Origin: an uncultured Chitinophaga sp.
GTDB taxonomy: Bacteria; Bacteroidota; Bacteroidia; NS11-12g; UBA9320
Direction: 5' to 3'
Assembly: GCA_964617955.1 (NCBI GenBank)
Contig: CAZTXB010000015.1
Location: 290 to 64,289, forward strand
DNA length: 64,000 nt
How positions within the stretch are numbered: the stretch's first letter is position 1; the number at the start of each line of letters is the position of its first letter. The notes beneath the pieces were generated by a model, which did not search any database, was not told the DNA's origin, and saw only the letters and a program-made list of their open reading frames with translations. The position numbers were made by a program, and so were the translations under genes. Positions 9,347-18,376 of this stretch are shown in pieces.

Positions 9347-10635
9347 AATACCACCTGAAAAATATTTGCAGCATTACAAAAGGTGCTACGGGAATAATGA
9401 AAGCTGATGGGGGCAAATATCCTTTGGTGGCGCTGAGTGACGAACGTAGAAACCACAGCGAATATCAGTTTGACGTAAAGGCAGTGATTGTTCCGCTTAT
9501 CAGCAGCACAGGACACGGACATGCCAGTATGAAACGGGTTCATTATCAGGAAGGAAAATTTGCATTGGGGAATATTTTATGTGCTTTAATACCGAATGAT
9601 GAAACACAGCTGAATGCAAAATACCTGCACTTGTATTTGCAGCAATTTAAAGAAACTTTATTGGTGCCCTTGATGAAAGGCGCAGCCAATGTGAGTTTGC
9701 CAATGAACAAATTAGCTGAGGTAGAAATTGAAGTCCCAAGTTTAGAAAGACAGTTAGAAATAATTGAATTGGAAGAAGAAGCTGCCAAATACAAAAATGA
9801 ATTAGAAGAAAGATTGATTTTACAAGATGGTGACGTAGCAAAACTTCGTCAGGTATTGTTGAGAGAAGCCATGCAAGGCAAGTTGACAAAGCAAGATGCA
9901 AAAGATGAAAGTGCAAATGATTTGTTGGAGAACATAAGAGTTGAAAAGGATAAACTCATTGTAGCGAAAAAAATAAAACGAGAGAAAGAAATTGATGACA
10001 TTTCTGAGAGTGAAATTTCCTATTCAATCCCATCTAATTGGTGCTTGTGTCGTTTAGGTTCAATTGCTGAAACTGTAAATGATGGCGTTCACTATGCACC
10101 TAAATATTTGTCTTCGGGAATTCCTTCCTTATCTGCAAAGGATATTTTTAATAACAAAATAAATTTTGAAAAATGCAATTATGTAAGCATTGAAGAATAC
10201 AATTCTCAAAAAGAAAAATTCATGTTGAAAGTTGGAAGCGTTTTAGTGACGAAAAGTGGTAGCATTGGAAGAACCACAATTTATGATGGTTCAAGAGAAG
10301 TTTATTTAGTTGAGAGTGTTGGTGTAATAAATACAAATTCAAATTTCATAAATCCATCCTATGTTAAATATTTTATAGATAGCATTTTTGACAGCATCAC
10401 TTATGATGGCGAGCATGTTAAAGGAATGGGAGTAAAACATCTTACTTTGACACTAATAAAAAGAATGCAATTTCCACTTCCCCCATTTGCCGAGCAAAAC
10501 CGTATTGTAAAAAAGTTGGAGCAACTCATGCAACTCTGTAATGAATTGCAAAACAGCATACAGCAAAGCAAGATTGAAAATGAAAAATTATTGCTGGGGG
10601 CATTGAGGGACGCGTTGAAGAAAGAGGAAGTATAA
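9343..10635 (+). CDS. hsdS: Type I R-M specificity subunit
   Basis: Two TRDs with conserved P.LERQ / LPPFAEQNRIV spacers and LREAMQGKL..QD..DE region; coupled to hsdM. Confidence 0.93.
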   Translation: MKYHLKNICSITKGATGIMKADGGKYPLVALSDERRNHSEYQFDVKAVIVPLISSTGHGHASMKRVHYQEGKFALGNILCALIPNDETQLNAKYLHLYLQQFKETLLVPLMKGAANVSLPMNKLAEVEIEVPSLERQLEIIELEEEAAKYKNELEERLILQDGDVAKLRQVLLREAMQGKLTKQDAKDESANDLLENIRVEKDKLIVAKKIKREKEIDDISESEISYSIPSNWCLCRLGSIAETVNDGVHYAPKYLSSGIPSLSAKDIFNNKINFEKCNYVSIEEYNSQKEKFMLKVGSVLVTKSGSIGRTTIYDGSREVYLVESVGVINTNSNFINPSYVKYFIDSIFDSITYDGEHVKGMGVKHLTLTLIKRMQFPLPPFAEQNRIVKKLEQLMQLCNELQNSIQQSKIENEKLLLGALRDALKKEEV

Positions 10636-10644
10636 TTAAATATC

Positions 10645-12024
10645 ATGAGTATGACTATAGATACATCAAAAAACAATCTTTTCCTTGAAGGAGTTGATGA
10701 ATTAGCAAATTGGGAGATTGATAATAGGGGTATTCAGAAAATAAAAGTGCTTTTGAAAAGCTATCTGGAACTTGATAATGTGAGTTTTCTTTTCGGTGCA
10801 GGTTCTTCAATGAATATTGGTTCTGTTTCTATTGCAAATATTCCAACAAAAATTGAGGAGGCAATTAAAGCAACAAAAGTTGATATAGGTGGAAAACCAA
10901 CTCCTGGTTTATTATATGATGAATTTATTTCAATAATTAAAGATTTGCAATTAATAAAGGCTCCAGATATTGAAAAGAGAACTTCATCCAAAGAAATAGC
11001 ATACTCCCTCGAGAAATTATTGAACTATTTAGTTGCGCAAGAATATATACTTGACATTAATCCAAATGCGGCGCAGCATAAGCATCTTTTAGAGTTAGTA
11101 AGAATAATAAAACAAGGTCTATTTGAATTGTGTGATATTGAAAAATTGCCAAATGCAAGTTGGTTAGATGGTGATGAAAAAATAAATCTTGACAGAAATA
11201 AATCCTTCTACCACGAGAAGTTCACAAAGAAAATTTTGCAAAGACCTTTGAACTTGAAAAGAGCAAATGTCTTTACAACAAACTATGATTTATCATTTGA
11301 ATATGCTTTTGATAAGTTAGGAGTAAATTTTATTAGTGGCTTTTCAGGTTTTCAAAAAAGAACCTTTAAGCCCGAAGCATTTGAGTATGATTTATTTTTC
11401 CCAGGCTCAACAACACAAGGTAGAGTTCAAAGAATAGAGAAGGTTTTACGTTATTACAAAATTCACGGGTCGCTTACCTGGGTAAAAGAACAACCTTCTG
11501 AAAATAATGTTTATGGAATTTCAGAAGTACCAATAGAAATTGTCCGTGAGAAGAAAGATTATGAGAACATCATGATTTATCCAACCACTGCAAAAAAATC
11601 ATTCACTTTAGATTTTCCATATTCTGAATTATTCCGCCAATTTGCAGCCACAATTTCCCAACCTCAATCAGTTTTAATTACATTTGGTTACTCATTCAGC
11701 GATGAACACATAAATGATATTATTTATCAGGCGCTAACAATTCCTTCTTTTACATTAATTATAATTGACTTTAACGGGACAAATGAGAAAGACCCTTCCA
11801 ACATCAATAAGGAAATTAAGAAGCTGAAAGATTTGAAGGACCCACGGGTTGCAATTTTGCAGGGAGAACAACTTGGTAGTTTTTCATTTTTTGTCGAACA
11901 ACTTTTACCGGACCTGATTGAAGTAAATACTTATGAAAGAATTGCTGAAACATTGAAAAAGCTTTTCGGGAAAGATGATACTCCCCCGGCAACTATAAAA
12001 ACCACCTCCGCACCGGCACCATGA
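10645..12024 (+). CDS. SIR2-like (SIR2_2) NADase, Sir2-HerA antiphage effector
   Basis: FLFGAGSS, FTTNYD, YKIHGS, GYSFSDEHIN motifs; overlaps the HerA gene. Confidence 0.88.
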   Translation: MSMTIDTSKNNLFLEGVDELANWEIDNRGIQKIKVLLKSYLELDNVSFLFGAGSSMNIGSVSIANIPTKIEEAIKATKVDIGGKPTPGLLYDEFISIIKDLQLIKAPDIEKRTSSKEIAYSLEKLLNYLVAQEYILDINPNAAQHKHLLELVRIIKQGLFELCDIEKLPNASWLDGDEKINLDRNKSFYHEKFTKKILQRPLNLKRANVFTTNYDLSFEYAFDKLGVNFISGFSGFQKRTFKPEAFEYDLFFPGSTTQGRVQRIEKVLRYYKIHGSLTWVKEQPSENNVYGISEVPIEIVREKKDYENIMIYPTTAKKSFTLDFPYSELFRQFAATISQPQSVLITFGYSFSDEHINDIIYQALTIPSFTLIIIDFNGTNEKDPSNINKEIKKLKDLKDPRVAILQGEQLGSFSFFVEQLLPDLIEVNTYERIAETLKKLFGKDDTPPATIKTTSAPAP

Positions 12025-14153
12025 GCGAAAGAAAAATAGGCAAAGTAATTTCAGTAGATAGTTTTCGGGTTGTTGTTCAACTTGACGAGGAACTGAAAAG
12101 TTTATACAAAAGTGGTTTCAATGACATATATGAAATTGCAAGAATAAATTCGTACTTGATCATTCCAGTTGGTGCTGACAGAATTGTGGCGATTGTAACA
12201 CGAGTGAAAATTCAGGACGAAACTGAAATCGAAAAAACTACAGGTTTTATCACTTTGCCAAAGGCACAGCGTTATTTAGTTGCGACAATGATTGGAACTA
12301 TTGAGAACGGTACAGATTATTTGCAAGGAGTATACAATTATCCAATACTTGATAACCCTGTTTGGTATGTCATCAAAGAAGATTTAGATAAAATTTTTGA
12401 CACTGCACCAAAGGAGGGAATTGATTACGCCAAGGACTATTTTTTACCTATCGGAACTTCACCTGCATTTTCTGATTACCATATAAAAATAAATCCCGAC
12501 AAATTCTTTGGTAAACATGCTGCAATATTGGGAAACACTGGTTCAGGAAAATCCTGCACGGTTGCTTCAATTTTACAAAGTTTATTTGCTTATGAATACA
12601 AAGATGGTAAGCGATTGCAAAATGCTCACTTCATAATATTTGATACAAACGGAGAATATAAAAGAGCATTCATTGGAGATAAGGATACAAATGTATACAA
12701 AGACAAACCAATGGTAAATGCAATCTGTATTGACAAGGAAGGATTGAAAGTTCCATTTTGGTTTATGAATTATGATGATTTTGAATTTTTGTTTGAACCG
12801 AGTGCAAGCACACAATCCCCAATATTGAAAAGAGCAATTGGTTTAGCCAAAAACAATACTCAGTCAGTTAGTAATGACACCTTACCCCAATTTTGGCTTA
12901 ATAGGTTAACTGAAATTGTTACATTAACAACATCTGGTGAACAAAACAAGCTTAGACCAATAGTTCTTCATGATGTTCCTGGGATGGGTACATATTTAAA
13001 AAGCTTAAATATTGGTTTTGACTTTACACAAATTATCGAATTACTTAGGAAGTTATATGATAATAAAGGGGTTAGACTAAAGCTAAGTGACAAAGGGTAT
13101 ATAAACGAACATCTGCATCAAGACATGCTTTTTGAGGTTTCTACAAGTTTAGCAGAAGAATTGAGGAAATTAAATGTTTATGTCTCAACAAAAAAAGTTC
13201 TTCAAGATAAAAATATCGATTTACCAATTTGGTTCAACTATGATGAAATGATTTCAGGCTTTATCGATGAGGCAATAAATGAAAGCGAGACATCAAATAA
13301 TAGAATCAGGGAATTTGTCTCTACACTGCGTTTGAGATTACAGGCATATTTGAATGATGAAAGGATTTCAGAACCACTTTTGCTTAATCAAAATTCAAAT
13401 ATTAATGAAGCGTTGTCAAAGTTCTTAGCTTTTATTGTTGGTGATCTTTTCAAAAACTTCACAACTGACGACAGCGATATTTATTCCGATTATTTCATAC
13501 AACAGTTGGCAAAAGAAGAACCTGAAAAAGTTAATGATCAAAAACCAAATCAGATTACAATTATTGATATGTCGTTAATCCCTTTTGAGGTTTTGGAAAC
13601 AATTACCGGATTGATAGGAAGATTGGTACTTGAGTTCCTTTCAAGGTTTAATAATGAAAACAGAGGTGATTTTCCAGTGGTGATTGTCTTGGAAGAAGCA
13701 CAGAATTACATTCCCGAAAAAGACAGAGGTGAAAAGGTATCTATCTCAAAAAAAATTTTTGAGAGAGTTGCAAGAGAAGGAAGAAAATTTGGTTTGTCCT
13801 TAATGGTTTCAAGTCAGCGACCATCTGAATTATCAAAAACAGTTTTATCACAATGTAATTCTTTTATTATTCATCGATTGCAAAACCCCGATGATCAAAA
13901 GTATGTTAAACAATTAGTGTCAGCGGCAAACGAAGATATTTTACAGCAATTGCCGGTATTACCACAACAAGTTGCCATAATAATGGGAGATGGAGTAAGA
14001 ACTCCAATTCAAATGAGGGTTAATACTGCCAAACCCAAACCAAACAGCGACAATCCAAAATTCATTGAGAAATGGTTGAAAGATGTAGATAAAACATTTC
14101 CCGATTACAAAGGGGTAGCTAAGAATTGGGAGGAAGGGAAAAAGAGTTCATAA
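12021..14153 (+). CDS. herA: HerA/DUF87 helicase-ATPase
   Basis: N-terminal HAS barrel, Walker A GNTGSGKS, EEAQNY, REGRKFG, SQRPSELS motifs. Confidence 0.92.
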   Translation: MSERKIGKVISVDSFRVVVQLDEELKSLYKSGFNDIYEIARINSYLIIPVGADRIVAIVTRVKIQDETEIEKTTGFITLPKAQRYLVATMIGTIENGTDYLQGVYNYPILDNPVWYVIKEDLDKIFDTAPKEGIDYAKDYFLPIGTSPAFSDYHIKINPDKFFGKHAAILGNTGSGKSCTVASILQSLFAYEYKDGKRLQNAHFIIFDTNGEYKRAFIGDKDTNVYKDKPMVNAICIDKEGLKVPFWFMNYDDFEFLFEPSASTQSPILKRAIGLAKNNTQSVSNDTLPQFWLNRLTEIVTLTTSGEQNKLRPIVLHDVPGMGTYLKSLNIGFDFTQIIELLRKLYDNKGVRLKLSDKGYINEHLHQDMLFEVSTSLAEELRKLNVYVSTKKVLQDKNIDLPIWFNYDEMISGFIDEAINESETSNNRIREFVSTLRLRLQAYLNDERISEPLLLNQNSNINEALSKFLAFIVGDLFKNFTTDDSDIYSDYFIQQLAKEEPEKVNDQKPNQITIIDMSLIPFEVLETITGLIGRLVLEFLSRFNNENRGDFPVVIVLEEAQNYIPEKDRGEKVSISKKIFERVAREGRKFGLSLMVSSQRPSELSKTVLSQCNSFIIHRLQNPDDQKYVKQLVSAANEDILQQLPVLPQQVAIIMGDGVRTPIQMRVNTAKPKPNSDNPKFIEKWLKDVDKTFPDYKGVAKNWEEGKKSS

Positions 14154-14199
14154 GTTGATTAGTAACGGCTAATATTAAATTGAGAAATAGACAAATCAA

Positions 14200-14913
14200 A
14201 TGAATGATAAGTTAGATATAAAAATTATAGAAAAATATCTTTCTGGAATTACATCCGATGACTTCCACCGATATAAATCCTGGGATAATTGTCATCAAGC
14301 ATTTTCTGTTAGTCAAATAACCGAAAACCATGCTTTACAATTGGCTTTTTATCTTGCAAGTTGGGGTATGTATAGAGGTTCAAGCGGCCTACTCCAAAAG
14401 AATCATTTAATACATAAAGACGCAGTTGGCATTTTGTTTTCTAAAGAAAATCAACAATTAAAATGCAACCAAATTAATGAGGTAAGCAAAGCCAATATTA
14501 GTGCAATACTGGATTTAAAAAGTGAATTAACGAAGCATTATACAAACCATAAATTTAAAAGAGGAAATGAGAATGAAAAGCCGATTTCATCAACTGACAC
14601 GCTATTGAGTAAGATTATGCTCGGCACTTTTGGATGCGTTCCGGCCTACGACAGGTATTTTATTGTTGGTTTGAAAGAAATGAAAATGCGGTATCAAGGT
14701 TTCAACGAAGCTTCATTAAACGAATTGTTTAATTTCATTGATAACAACCGAAAAGAAATTGAAAATGCACAAAATCTTATAAAATCAAAAACTCAAAACC
14801 ATTATCCTGTAATGAAAATATTGGATATGTATTTTTGGCAAATTGGTTATGACAAAGAAATTAGAAGCAAAACCGAAATTATTGCTAAAATTAAGAAGGT
14901 TAAAAATTATTAA
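14200..14913 (+). CDS. Conserved hypothetical protein (LAFYLASWGMYRGSS motif)
   Basis: 237-aa ORF with SWDNC, LASWGMYRGS, GCVPAYDRYF and LDMYFWQIG motifs; function not assignable. Confidence 0.75.
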   Translation: MNDKLDIKIIEKYLSGITSDDFHRYKSWDNCHQAFSVSQITENHALQLAFYLASWGMYRGSSGLLQKNHLIHKDAVGILFSKENQQLKCNQINEVSKANISAILDLKSELTKHYTNHKFKRGNENEKPISSTDTLLSKIMLGTFGCVPAYDRYFIVGLKEMKMRYQGFNEASLNELFNFIDNNRKEIENAQNLIKSKTQNHYPVMKILDMYFWQIGYDKEIRSKTEIIAKIKKVKNY

Positions 14914-14937
14914 AAAGAAAGAAGATAAAACACTGAA

Positions 14938-15025
14938 GGGGGGTGTCCTGCCGTGAAATAAAATCACGGCAGGACACCCCCCTCTAATATGCCAAAAACA
15001 CCGGGGAATATGGCATTTTAACCTT
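14938..15025 (+). repeat. Palindromic site R2 plus tail
   Basis: Perfect 19-bp arms GGGGGGTGTCCTGCCGTGA / TCACGGCAGGACACCCCCC around AATAAAA (14957-14963); tail CCAAAAACACCGGGGAATATGGCATTTTAAC. Confidence 0.9.
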
Positions 15026-15134
15026 TTATATGGCAAAATTGTATTGAATTGTATTTGTATAATTTTATTTACATGCATTTATTAATGTTAAGATAAATCT
15101 ACGTTGCTTTTTTTTAAACATATATATTTGGACT

Positions 15135-15425
15135 TTGAATAAAACCAAAAATTATGCTTTGATACTTGCAAGTGGAGGAATAGATTCTACGGCTTGTATT
15201 AATTTCTTTAAAAAATTAAAGTTTGATGTTGAAGCTATTTTTGTAGACTATGGTCAATCGGCTGCTAAATATGAATATAAATCTATTGTAGCTATTACTA
15301 AATTTTATAAGATTGAATTAAGAAGAATAGTCGTTAAAAATAACAATAAATTTAAAGAAGGTTTTGTGCCGGGCAGAAATGCTTTTTTATATTTTATGGC
15401 TTTGATGAATTTTAATAAACCAAGC
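15135..15425 (+). pseudogene. 5' fragment of a QueC-like (7-cyano-7-deazaguanine synthase family) gene
   Basis: LILASGGIDST PP-loop, FVDYGQ and VPGRNA motifs; recognisable homology stops near 15425 and the remaining frame runs into the AbiE promoter; C-terminal motifs absent. Confidence 0.75.
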
Positions 15426-15484
15426 GGTCGTTTTTGGTGTTTTTACGGAATGATTGCATTGTATATTGTGGTCAAAACCAATTT

Positions 15485-15538
15485 CTATATTACGGCAGCA
15501 TTTTTTATTTGCTGCCGTAATATAGTTTATTATATTTG
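15485..15538 (+). promoter_or_regulatory. Operator palindrome overlapping a Bacteroidota sigma70-type promoter of the AbiE operon
   Basis: 16-bp inverted repeat CTATATTACGGCAGCA (15485-15500) / TGCTGCCGTAATATAG (15510-15525); TTTG at 15508-15511, 19 nt before TATATTTG (TAnnTTTG) at 15531-15538. Confidence 0.7.
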
Positions 15539-15553
15539 CCGATAAGCTTATAG

Positions 15554-16306
15554 ACAATCGCAACAGAAAAATTAAATATAGCCAAACTTCAAAAGCACTT
15601 CAAAGGCAAAAGCACTTTTGCTAATCGTGACATTGTTAATTTTTATCAGGAATTTGAACCATCCTTAAAAATTAGCACCGTCAATTGGAGAGTTTATGCA
15701 TTAATAAAATTAGGTATCCTTTCACGAATAGGCAGAGGAAAATTTACTTTGGGAAAAGAAAAAAACTTTGTTCCACAGGTTGAAGCAAAAATAAAAACCC
15801 TCTATAAAAAACTAAATAAACATTTTCCATATCTTCAAATCTGTATTTGGCATACTTCAATTCTTAATGAATTTATGCTTCATCAACCAGGTAGATTTTA
15901 TATCCTTGTTGAAGCAGAAAAGGATGCAATGGAAAATATTTTTTATTTTCTCAAGGAAAATAAAACCAATGTCTTTATTGACCCTACTTTTGGTATCCTT
16001 AGCCGCTATTCTTCAGATGAGAAAGAAACAATCATTGTAAAACCTTTGGTATCAGAAGCACCTATTCAGCGTTTGGAAGGAGTATGGACTATCACTATTG
16101 AAAAAATGCTGGTAGACATTTTTTCTGATGAAATAATTTTCGCAGCTCAACAAGGGGGAGAATTGCAACACATTTTTAATGAAGCTTTCATAAGATACAC
16201 TATAAACGAAAGCAGAATGCTTCGCTATGCAAACAGGAAAAGAAAAAAAGAAAGTTTTAATAATTATTTAAATAAAGTTTCAATATTTCGGCAGCAAACT
16301 AAATAA
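15554..16306 (+). CDS. AbiEi-like antitoxin / wHTH regulator (DUF6577-like)
   Basis: Frame is open from 15554 and includes TVNWRVYALIKLGILSRIGRGKF upstream of the tracked TTG at 15749; IEKMLVDIF motif; no in-frame ATG at the 5' end. Confidence 0.7.
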   Translation, partial: TIATEKLNIAKLQKHFKGKSTFANRDIVNFYQEFEPSLKISTVNWRVYALIKLGILSRIGRGKFTLGKEKNFVPQVEAKIKTLYKKLNKHFPYLQICIWHTSILNEFMLHQPGRFYILVEAEKDAMENIFYFLKENKTNVFIDPTFGILSRYSSDEKETIIVKPLVSEAPIQRLEGVWTITIEKMLVDIFSDEIIFAAQQGGELQHIFNEAFIRYTINESRMLRYANRKRKKESFNNYLNKVSIFRQQTK

Positions 16307-16327
16307 AATGCCGTTTTATAGTGCACT

Positions 16328-17389
16328 ATGATAGACAAAAATACACTCACGCATCAATGGATTGATAACGTTTCCAAAACAAACCGCAATGCTGATAAAA
16401 TTCTTGTAGAGAAAGTTATCCGAGCCTTATTGTTATTGGAAGGCTTAAGCAATATAGGTTTGTCATTTGTTTTTAAAGGTGGCACCGCATTAATGCTGCT
16501 AATGGATTCAGCAAAACGTTTGTCTATTGACATTGATATTATTATTTCTAAAACACCTGAAAATTTAGAAGAGATGATGCAGGAAGTTGGCAAAAATCAA
16601 GGTTTCAACAAAGTGGAACTACAACATCGCCATACTGCCTCTGAAATTGAAAAAGCACACTACAAATTTTTCTATACTCCAGTTCACCAAACTCACACAG
16701 GTGATGATTATGTCTTGCTTGACATTCTTTTTGAGGCAAATAATTATAGCAATGTTTCTTTGCATCCTCTCAAATCAATATTCGTCAGCAACACGGGTAC
16801 TCTGGCTCAAATACAAATGCCATCATTAGAAGATTTATTAGGCGATAAACTCACAGCCTTTGCCCCATACACCACCGGTATTCCTTATTTGCGAAATGAA
16901 AACAGCATGAGTATGGAAATCATCAAACAACTTTATGATATCGGAAACCTTTTTGATGCCGTAAATGATTTAAGTCTAATAAAAGAAACATACCATAAAA
17001 TTGTAAACGTAGAAATTAAATATCGCAAGCTTGCAGGAGTTTTGCCCTCCCAGGTTTTAGAAGATACTTACCAGACAGCCCTGTGCATTTCGCTTCGTGG
17101 CAGTGATGGTGTAGGAGATTTTAATGAATTACAAAAAGGCATACAGCGCATCAGAGGTTTTATATTTTCAGAAACTTATCATTTAGAAAAAGCGATTACT
17201 CACGCTGCTAAAGCAGCTTATCTGTCAAGGCTTATTTCAAGGGATCAAACCACATTTGAAAAATATGTTGACCCAAAACAAGTTGCTGATGCTACCATTT
17301 TAGCTCCTCATAATACCAGGCTACAAAGATTTAAAAGAACAAACACCGAAGCGTTTTTCTATTGGTGGAAAGCATCTCAACTATTTTAA
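16328..17389 (+). CDS. abiEii: AbiEii-family nucleotidyltransferase toxin (type IV TA)
   Basis: FKGGTALML..RLSIDIDI, DKLTAF and KQLYD motifs. Confidence 0.88.
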   Translation: MIDKNTLTHQWIDNVSKTNRNADKILVEKVIRALLLLEGLSNIGLSFVFKGGTALMLLMDSAKRLSIDIDIIISKTPENLEEMMQEVGKNQGFNKVELQHRHTASEIEKAHYKFFYTPVHQTHTGDDYVLLDILFEANNYSNVSLHPLKSIFVSNTGTLAQIQMPSLEDLLGDKLTAFAPYTTGIPYLRNENSMSMEIIKQLYDIGNLFDAVNDLSLIKETYHKIVNVEIKYRKLAGVLPSQVLEDTYQTALCISLRGSDGVGDFNELQKGIQRIRGFIFSETYHLEKAITHAAKAAYLSRLISRDQTTFEKYVDPKQVADATILAPHNTRLQRFKRTNTEAFFYWWKASQLF

Positions 17390-17467
17390 TTAACAGAACA
17401 ATTTGTAAATAAACTTCACGAATAGCGGATCGTGAATTGAAAATCCAATTGGTACTTATTTTAAAAA

Positions 17468-17575
17468 ACCACCCCGCTGCCGTATAATAAAATCACGGCA
17501 GGACACCCCCCTCCAAAACGCTGAAAACACTGGTGAATATGGCTTTATGACGATTTATGACACTAAAAATGTGAA
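17468..17575 (+). repeat. Palindromic site R3 plus tail
   Basis: ACCACCCCG-CTGCCGTAT-AATAAAA-TCACGGCAG-GACACCCCCC, then CCAAAACGCTGAAAACACTGGTGAATATGGCTTTATGACGATTTATGAC. Confidence 0.88.
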
Positions 17576-17761
17576 ATTTTATTGATTTTTAAGAAATATA
17601 AGCCTTACCTAAAACAAAGAAGTATTGCTTTAATGAAATCCGAAAACAAAAGCTTACTTACGCAGAAGAAGATTTTTTTGATTAAATCTTACAACTTTTT
17701 TTTATTGTAATTCTTTATGTGGTAAACAATTTGACGGAATAACAAGTTCGCATAATAATTA

Positions 17762-17867
17762 GGTGGTTCAATCGGTGGTTTAATAGGTGGTCTAATCGGT
17801 GCTAATCTGTGGTTCAATGGGTGGTTCAATGGTTGATGCAATAGGTGGTGCAATAGGTGGTGCAATG
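17762..17867 (+). repeat. Degenerate 12-bp tandem repeat (GGTGGTDYAATN; GGSI/GGAI peptide)
   Basis: About nine units such as GGTGGTTCAATC and GGTGGTGCAATA. Confidence 0.8.
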
Positions 17868-18048
17868 TCTCGTCCTAAGCAATTGTTTAATAATTGTGCA
17901 AGTGGTGCTTGCGCAATTACATTTTATTCTGAATTTTCTATTTCACCCTTGCTAAACGTATTCTTTAATTGGTCGAAAACTGCGGGGAATATTGGCGTTT
18001 TAACGTTTCATGACGTAAAAAATGTTAAATTTTAGTAATGAATTTGAA

Positions 18049-18119
18049 GGTGGTTCAATGGGTGGTCAAGTGGTGGTCAAGTAGGTGGTCAAGTAGGTGG
18101 TCAAGTAGGTGGTGTAATG
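18049..18119 (+). repeat. 12-bp tandem repeat GGTGGTCAAGTA (GGQV peptide), one unit 1 nt short
   Basis: Six units; the second unit is 11 bp and shifts the frame. Confidence 0.8.
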
Positions 18120-18182
18120 AAGTGCAATGGGTATTCAGGGCAAGACAGGATTCGTTAATTTTCAAAATCAATTAGTACTTAA

Positions 18183-18290
18183 ACCACTCCCCTGCCGTGA
18201 AATAAAATCACCGGCAGGACACCCCCCTGCAAAACGCCAAAAATACCGGTGAATATGGCTTTTTAAAGATTTATGACGTTAAAAATTAGA
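18183..18290 (+). repeat. Palindromic site R4 plus tail
   Basis: ACCACTCCC-CTGCCGTGA-AATAAAA-TCACCGGCAG (1-nt insertion)-GACACCCCCC, then the conserved tail. Confidence 0.88.
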
Positions 18291-18376
18291 AAAATTATGA
18301 GTTTTTACTACGTGATATAAAATTTAACCCTTAATTTGAAGGAGATATCTAATCCACGATAAAGGAGTATCTACAA

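Noticed and set aside
14938-14982. R hairpins as intrinsic terminators
   Set aside because: No U-tract follows on either strand, and copies occur regardless of neighbouring gene direction.
15135-15545. Intact 136-aa CDS as given in the ORF track
   Set aside because: Its last ~40 codons run through the AbiE operator and promoter and show no QueC motifs; treated as a truncated fragment.
17799-18035. 78-aa ORF
   Set aside because: Made of repeat units, an unrelated fragment and the orphan tail; most likely a chance frame.
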